Of a DNA stretch of 64,000 nucleotides, positions 53,713 through 64,000 are shown in pieces (the stretch's first letter is position 1; each line of letters opens with the position of its first letter). The stretch is from an uncultured Chloroflexia bacterium (GTDB taxonomy: Bacteria > Chloroflexota > Dehalococcoidia > DSTF01 > JACRBR01): positions 2,368,127 to 2,432,126 of the forward strand of contig OY969567.1 in assembly GCA_963701135.1 (NCBI GenBank). Reading direction: 5' to 3'. The notes beneath the pieces are model-generated. The model was not told the origin of the DNA. It saw only the letters and a list, made by a program, of their open reading frames with translations, and did not search any database. The position numbers and the translations under genes were made by a program.

Positions 53713-54925
53713 ATGCCTGGTCCGCTGTCCGATGTCACGATCCTCGACCTCACGTGGGTGCTGTCCGGCCCCTTCGCCAGCATGGTGCTGTGCGACCTCG
53801 GCGCCGAGGTCGTGAAGGTCGAGCGGCCGCCCTGCGGCGACGTCGCCCGCACCACCGGCCCGCACGTCGATGGCGAGAGCGCGTACTTCTTCAGCATCAA
53901 CCGCGGCAAGAAGAGCATCGCCGTCGACCTGCAGACAGGCCGAGGGCAAGGATCTGTTCCTGCGCGTCGCCGAGCACGTCGACGTGGTGATGGAGAACTT
54001 CACGCCGGGCACCATGGACAGCCTCGGCCTCGGCTAGGAGGTGCTGCACGCGCGCAACCCGCGGCTCATCTACGCCGCGACGTCCGGCTTCGGACAGACG
54101 GGGCCGGACAGGCTGCGGCCGGCGCTCGACATCGTCGTGCAGGGCATGGGCGGCGTCATGAGCATCACTGGAGAGCCGGGAGGACGGCCGGTGCGTCCCG
54201 GCCTCTCGCTGGGCGACATCGCCGCGGGGCTGTTCACCGCCATCGGCATCCTGTCCGCGCTGCACGAGCGCGAACGCTCCGGCGAAGGCCAGATGGTCGA
54301 CGTGAGCATGCTCGACTGCCAGATCGCCGTCCTCGAAAACGCGATCGTGCGCTACTTCGCCACCGACAGGGTGCCGGGGCCGATCGGCACGCGCCATCCG
54401 CTCGCCACGCCGTTCCAGGCGTTTCCGACGCAGGACGGCTACATGGTGCTGGCGCTGTCCTGGGGCGTGCCGAACCAGTGGGAGCTGTTCTGCGCGATCA
54501 TCGGCCGGCCGGAGCTGATCGATGACGCGCGCTTCGAGACGAGCGCCCTGCGCACGCGCCACCACGACGTCCTGGAGCCGATCCTCAACGAGGCGCTGAT
54601 GCAGCGGACCACGGCGGAGTGGATCGCGGAGTTCGACGCCATCGGGCTGCCGTGCGGGCCGCTGAACAACATCCCGCAGGCGGTCGCGCAGCCGCAGGTG
54701 CTCGCGCGCGACATGCTGGTCGAGCTGCAACATCCGCGGATGTCGCGCCCGCTGAAGGTGCCGAACACGCCCGTGAAGCTGTCGCGGACGCCCGGCGGCG
54801 TGCGCGGACTGCCGCCCGACGTCGGCGAGCACACCGAGCAGGTGCTCGCTTCGTGGCTGGGGCTGGCCGCCGATGAGCTGCGCCGGCTCGAAGCCGCGGG
54901 CGTCATCGCCCAGTTCGACGGGTGA
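53713..54925 (+). CDS. CaiB/BaiF CoA-transferase (frameshift near 53940 and in-frame TAG at 54035)
   Basis: [45 protein letters not shown]. Confidence 0.85.
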
Positions 54926-55242
54926 AGGTCTACGCCTGCCGCCGGAGGTGCTGGGCCAGGCGTGACGGCTTACCCAAACACAGTAGCGCGGGCGTTTCAG
55001 CCCGCTGCGCGATGCTCTGTCATTGTCGCCGCCCTCGATACGCGTACGTATTGCCGAAACGTGATGCGTATTCGTGGCTGGAACTGCGAGACATGACGAA
55101 GCCGTTATCGCGTGCGCTGAGCGCGCCGCCGTACTGCTTCTCCGGACTGTTCGCGAAAGCGCCGCCGGCTGTTATCGAGACGCAACGCGCCGCGTGCCAG
55201 CATGGGGCCTCACCGACGACGGAACATCGCCAGGAGGCTGCC

Positions 55243-55836
55243 GTGCGACACGGACGGACGCACACCTTCGAAGCGGCGACGCTGCACCCACTCCCCGTCA
55301 TCGCTGTCAACGAGGGGCGCATCCTGGGGCGCGTGAAGGACACGATCTTCGACCCGGCGGGCCATGCGCTCGTCGGCGTCACGGTGTCCCGCCGCGATGG
55401 CAAACCGGAAGACTTCCTCGCCGTCAACCGTGCGCGCCGCCTCGGCCCCTTCGCCGTCACGACGGCCGCCAGCGCCGATCTGCGCACGGTCGAGTCCCAC
55501 GACCGCGCCCGCGACGTCCTCGCCGCCGGCATCCGGCTCCGCGGCGCGCCCGTGCTGACCGATGACGGCGAGCCCATCGGCAAGCTCGCCGAGATCTGGC
55601 TCCGCGAGGACGGCGCGGTCGTCGAATACGTCGCGGCCGCACGATCCTTCCTGTTCTCGAAGAAGCGGAGGCTCACGCCGCGCGATGTCATCGTCATCGG
55701 CGACGATGTGATGATCGTGCACCGCTCCGCCATCGAGCGGCGCAGGAACGATGCGCCGGCCGCCGCCGCGACGACGCGGCAGGCCGCCCCGGAAGGATCC
55801 ATCGCCTCCGACCGCGGCGATGGTGAAGCCGGCTGA
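55243..55836 (+). CDS. Tandem PRC-barrel domain protein
   Basis: LPVI...EGRILGRVKD.IFDP and GAPVLTDDGE.IG repeats; AGGAGG RBS. Confidence 0.8.
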   Translation: MRHGRTHTFEAATLHPLPVIAVNEGRILGRVKDTIFDPAGHALVGVTVSRRDGKPEDFLAVNRARRLGPFAVTTAASADLRTVESHDRARDVLAAGIRLRGAPVLTDDGEPIGKLAEIWLREDGAVVEYVAAARSFLFSKKRRLTPRDVIVIGDDVMIVHRSAIERRRNDAPAAAATTRQAAPEGSIASDRGDGEAG

Positions 55837-56040
55837 ATCGCATTGCAACAGAGCTATCGGCACGCGTCACGTCGATCCAAGATCGCTGTTCCGTATCGAC
55901 GCCCATATTTGAGATCAAGCCCGTGATGTAATGCTCGTTCGAGGCAGAACACGCGGTGGTGACTCCGAGAATCACCACCGCAGGCCGAAACAAAAGTTAG
56001 CGGTGCCACAAGGCTGATCCGGCCGTTATTGGATTCCTTT

Positions 56041-57262
56041 TGACCTGCCCCCCGAAAACTGGTCCAGTCTAAATGAGAGTCCTCCGGGATAATGGCCCTG
56101 GCGACAGGGCAAGGAGGACCCATGCGGAAGAGCCGGTTCACGGAGGAACAGATCGTCACGGCGATCAAAGAGCACGAGGCAGGGACGCCGACGCAGGAGC
56201 TCTGCCGGCGCCTCGGCATCGGCGCGCAGACGCTGTACCGCTGGAAGGCGAAGTACGGCGGCATGAGCGTGCCCGACGCGCAGCGCCTGAAGACCCTGGA
56301 GGATGAGAATCGGCGGCTGAAGAAGCTCGTCGCCAATCAGGCGCTGGACATCGACGCCCTCAAAGAGGTGGCCTCGCGAAACTGGTGAAGCCCGCGGTGC
56401 GGAGGGTCGCCGTTCTTTTCCTTGAAGGGGAACGGGGGCTGTCTCAGCGCCGTGCCTGCGGGCTGCTCACCATGCATCGTTCGACGGCCCGCTATCAGGG
56501 ACACGGGCGCGCAGAGGGACCGATCCGCACGCGGCTACGCGAGCTGGCGGCCCAGAAGCGGCGCTACGGCTACCGGCGGCTGCACGTGCTGCTGCGGCGG
56601 GAGGGGGTGTGCGTGAATCACAAGTGCGTGGAGCGGATCTACCGGGAAGAAGGACTCAGCCTACGGCGGAAGAAGCGCAAACGGACGACAAGCGTGGCCC
56701 GCACGCCGGCGCCGCGGCCGCAGCGCCCGGACGAGGTGTGGTGCCTGGACTTTGTGCACGATCAACTCTGGTGGGGCCGTCGGATTCGCACGTTGAATGT
56801 CCTCGATGTCTGCACCAGGGAAGCGCTCGGCATCGAAGTGGACACGTCGCTTTCCGGCGTGCGCGTCGGCCGCGTGCTGGATCGGATTATCGATGAGCGC
56901 GGCCAGGCGCCGCAGACGATCATCATGGACAACGGGCCTGAGCTGACGAGCAAGGCGCTCGACCAGTGGGCCTATGCACGCGGTGTGCGGCTGCACTTCA
57001 TCGAGCCGGGAAAGCCCGTGCAGAACTGCTTCGCCGAAAGCTTCAACGACAAATTTCGTGACGAGTGTCTCAACGAGCACTGGTTCACGACGATCTGGGA
57101 TGCACGAGAGAAGATCGAAACCTGGAGGGTGGAGTACAATCGCGAGCGCCCGCACAGCTCGCTGCAGAACAGGACGCCGGAGGAGTTCAGGCGCAGCATC
57201 ACAGAGCGGAAAGACCCGGTCGGACTCTCATAATGAGTGGACCAAAGATCGGGGGCAGGTCA
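56041..57262 (+). mobile_element. IS3-family element A, complete copy (orfA 56122-56388, orfB 56385-57233), 4-bp CTTT target duplication
   Basis: TGACCTGCCCCC IRs; CTTT at 56037-56040 and 57263-57266. Confidence 0.96.
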
Positions 57263-58274
57263 CTTTCTGGAGCACGTCCTGCGCCGTTACTGGAAGAATG
57301 GCACCCACATCTATCCGAGGATCGACAAGGGATCCCGTTGTTGGATCATATTCGAATTGCCAAGTGTTACCACCCGCGAGCCTGAAGGAAACCTTTACCC
57401 TCGGGCCGACACGCTCCATAGCCTCCAGAATCACGGGCTGCCTAAGCCCGCCCTGAAGTTGCAACAGGTCTTCTGAGGAATCAAGCCGTCTCGAGAAATG
57501 GCCGAGATCTGTAACGGTCACAGACGCCAGATTCCGCAAGCCAAGATAGTGCATGGCGTCAAACTGTTCCCCGGGCGCGAACGCAGGAATGGCAAGCTCG
57601 ACCGGCGCTCCATCTCGATCGTGCTTTCCGACAATCAGAGAGAGGCGCGCGGCGTACTGATCCAGCGTCATACCCTTCGCCTCGGCAACTTCTTCGCCGT
57701 TAGCATGCCGGACTACGCCATCCTCAAACTTAATTGCGCTCCATCGACTAGCTTGATACGTGCCTGGCCGCCACGGCGTCAGCATGAGGAGCATCCTGCC
57801 CGAAAAGAAAGGCGCGTCCTCTTCGAGATGTTGCAGGATGATAGTGTCGGTCTGCAGCCCCCCTCCCTTGACGAAAAGCTCTACCTTGAGTGCTTGGGTT
57901 ATCGTACGCACTCCGTGTTGTGGCTCCGTTGGGCTCGGAACTTGGCTCTCCTGGCCTTCGGCCGGCAAGAATTCTGCTCCAAGCAGTTCGCCGACCTGTC
58001 CTACGACGATAACCTGTGAGCGTGCAACGTCCTCCTCTTCTGGCGCCTTTGGAGCCACGTCGAACGCAGGGTTGCTAGCATCGTAAGTTTGCTGTGAAGC
58101 CGACGACGGCAGCGATGGGACTTGGGTCTCATCGGCTATGGCCCGTCCAAGCACAAAGGCCAAGATGCCGATAGACAGCACAATCGGCAAAGCTGGCAAA
58201 GCCCATTCTTTATACCGAATCATAAGTATCTTCCTGAATGGGCCGATGTTACGCTTGTTTTCTTGAGTTGTCAA
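57228..58274 (-). CDS. Low-GC membrane-anchored/exported hypothetical protein; last three codons displaced by the IS
   Basis: N-terminal TM, VIVVGQV..V...KG OB/TIMP-like pattern; removing the IS restores ..VLQKGIQ*. Confidence 0.65.
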   Translation of the reverse strand: MTTQENKRNIGPFRKILMIRYKEWALPALPIVLSIGILAFVLGRAIADETQVPSLPSSASQQTYDASNPAFDVAPKAPEEEDVARSQVIVVGQVGELLGAEFLPAEGQESQVPSPTEPQHGVRTITQALKVELFVKGGGLQTDTIILQHLEEDAPFFSGRMLLMLTPWRPGTYQASRWSAIKFEDGVVRHANGEEVAEAKGMTLDQYAARLSLIVGKHDRDGAPVELAIPAFAPGEQFDAMHYLGLRNLASVTVTDLGHFSRRLDSSEDLLQLQGGLRQPVILEAMERVGPRVKVSFRLAGGNTWQFEYDPTTGSLVDPRIDVGAILPVTAQDVLQKVTCPRSLVHSL

Positions 58275-58300
58275 ACCCCTGCTGGTCGAACGTTTGCCCG

Positions 58301-58338
58301 AAAAAGGCGTAGAGCCCGGCGTTTCCGCTGGGCTCTAC
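58301..58338 (-). terminator. rRNA operon terminator
   Basis: GTAGAGCCCAGCG-GAAA-CGCCGGGCTCTAC followed by GCCTTTTT. Confidence 0.8.
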
Positions 58339-58344
58339 ATATAC

Positions 58345-58462
58345 CCTGGCACTGGCCTATTTTCCACAGAGGATTGCTCCCCCAGTATCGTCGGCGCTGA
58401 GGCGTTTCACTTCCGTGTTCGGGATGGGAACGGGTGGGGCCACCTCGCTCTAAGCACCAGGA
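58345..58462 (-). rRNA. rrf: 5S rRNA
   Basis: CCTGGTGC..CCCGTTCCCATCCCGAACACGGAAGTGAA..GCCGACGATACT..GCCAGG. Confidence 0.95.
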
Positions 58463-58472
58463 ATATTCGATT

Positions 58473-58538
58473 GTTAGACGTTGGAAGTTGGAGGTTAGAG
58501 GCGGAGCGATCCAACCTCCAACTTCAAACCTCCAGCGT
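58473..58538. repeat. Inverted heptamer array (GTTRGAN)4/(CCAACCT-like)4
   Basis: 7-nt periodic arms forming a hairpin; similar arrays at 62176-62233 and 62329-62362. Confidence 0.6.
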
Positions 58539-58546
58539 TCCAGACT

Positions 58547-58621
58547 TGGTAGCGGGGGAAGGATTCGAACCTCCGACCTTCGGGTTATGAGCCCGACGAG
58601 CTGCCACTGCTCCACCCCGCG
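58547..58621 (-). tRNA. Initiator tRNA-fMet(CAT)
   Basis: Unpaired C1, three consecutive G-C pairs in the anticodon stem, CT-CAT-AA loop, CCA. Confidence 0.95.
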
Positions 58622-58706
58622 ACGCTGCACGTGGATTGAATAGGGAACCGTTACGTTGGTACGCGCCCGCCCGCGGCGGGCACAATCGCGCCCAGAATTC
58701 AATGTA

Positions 58707-61688
<2,982 letters not shown>

Positions 61689-62090
61689 TACATTAACTTC
61701 CACACGCGATTGAAGTACCAACGCGTTGTTACGTTTCCCTATTCAATTGGTAACGTGCCCGCCCGCTGAGCCTCCCTCGCCCATGGCGAGGTCTCTGCGG
61801 ACGCCGGCCCTGACGGCCGGCCTCTCAAATCGATGCCCCTGCATCGTCTCGAGAGGTCGAACGTCCGGTGAACTGCTGCGTGCGATTCGCGGTCTGCGCC
61901 GCTCAAAGAAATCGGCCTGATGTTGCAGGCCGATCGCGGGGTCTGTCATCAGGGACGATTCGCTATTCGATTGCGCGGATCGCGTTCCTCATCGGTATCG
62001 TTGTTACTCTCGCGCTGCTACTCGCTGTCCTTCTTTCGGTTGCCGCCGCAGTCTACTGCCGCCGGCGGCTGTCCCCGCAAGCGAGACGGT

Positions 62091-62166
62091 TGGTGGAGCC
62101 GAGGAGGCTCGAACTCCTGACCCCCTCCTTGCAAAGGAGGTGCTCTCCCAACTGAGCTACGGCCCC
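62091..62166 (-). tRNA. tRNA-Ala(TGC)
   Basis: GGGGCCGTAGCTCAG..TTTGCAA..TTCGAG..CTCCACCA. Confidence 0.97.
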
Positions 62167-62245
62167 GTCTCTGGACGGTTGGTCGTTGGAGGTTGATGTT
62201 GACTCCTTTCCAACCTCCAACGTCTAACGACCACTCGACCAGAAA

Positions 62246-62322
62246 TGGTGGGGCATTCTGGACTCGAACCAGAGACCTCAGTCTTATCAGGACTGCGCTC
62301 TAACCAGCTGAGCTAATGCCCC
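62246..62322 (-). tRNA. tRNA-Ile(GAT)
   Basis: GGGGCATTAGCTCAG..CTGATAA..TTCGAG..GCCCCACCA. Confidence 0.97.
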
Positions 62323-62555
62323 CCGGTGCTGGTCGCCTGGTCACTGGTCGCTGGTGACTGGGTGGTCGCCGGCGAGCGCAACGGGCGCCTTAACCCTTGG
62401 ATAGCGGTAAGAAGAGACGGATGGGGTTCAGTGCGCCGATTGGCCCCGGCGCGGGCTTACGGTAGGAGCCCCGCCTTGCGGCGAGGGTGTACCGATTGAC
62501 CTGGAAGGTCCGAATCCACGGCACGTCTGAGGTGCCGGAGACCGGAGCCACTCCC

Positions 62556-64000
<1,445 letters not shown>

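Noticed and set aside
54035-54037. In-frame TAG in the CoA-transferase as possible pyrrolysine or read-through
   Set aside because: It falls at the conserved GLGY/W position, one base from TAC/TGG; the same gene has a frameshift and no pyl genes are seen, so error or decay is more likely
61868-62155. Hydrophobic ORF (IAFLIGIVVTLALLLAVLL) antisense in the rRNA spacer
   Set aside because: Explained by the purine-rich spacer on the transcribed strand; runs into tRNA-Ala; no SD

Overview
High-GC bacterial chromosome segment, most likely Chloroflexota (Dehalococcoidia-like, judged by eye from gene content and rRNA). 1-19.1 kb is housekeeping: GT-C glycosyltransferase, dprA, topA, an orphan family-5 substrate-binding protein, prepilin peptidase, thyX, an MBL hydrolase, larA, an AbrB/PIN toxin-antitoxin pair, gcvT-H-PA-PB and an RNHCP gene behind a complex leader. 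19.6-33.8 kb is a decayed island at tRNA-Leu(CAA) with integrase, att, AbiEi, PrgI and VirB2 remnants. It carries a low-GC two-component system with secreted crystallin-like proteins, and its kinase is hit by nested IS3-family elements. 33.9-55.8 kb holds a GAF-PAS-GGDEF-EAL gene and an actinobacterial-type steroid/lipid catabolic cluster. The window ends with another IS3 copy and a minus-strand rRNA operon (16S partial, tRNA-Ile, tRNA-Ala, 23S, tRNA-fMet, 5S). About 14-19 kb and 40-49 kb are dense in single-base indels, probably long-read errors. The best novelty candidates are (i) two stand-alone, anchored SecD periplasmic (P1) domain paralogues with no SecDF membrane domain, (ii) a three-uORF, two-terminator attenuator in front of the RNHCP gene, and (iii) the two-component system plus secreted crystallin-like module with its own direct-repeat operators. 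All family calls come from motif recognition, not database searches.
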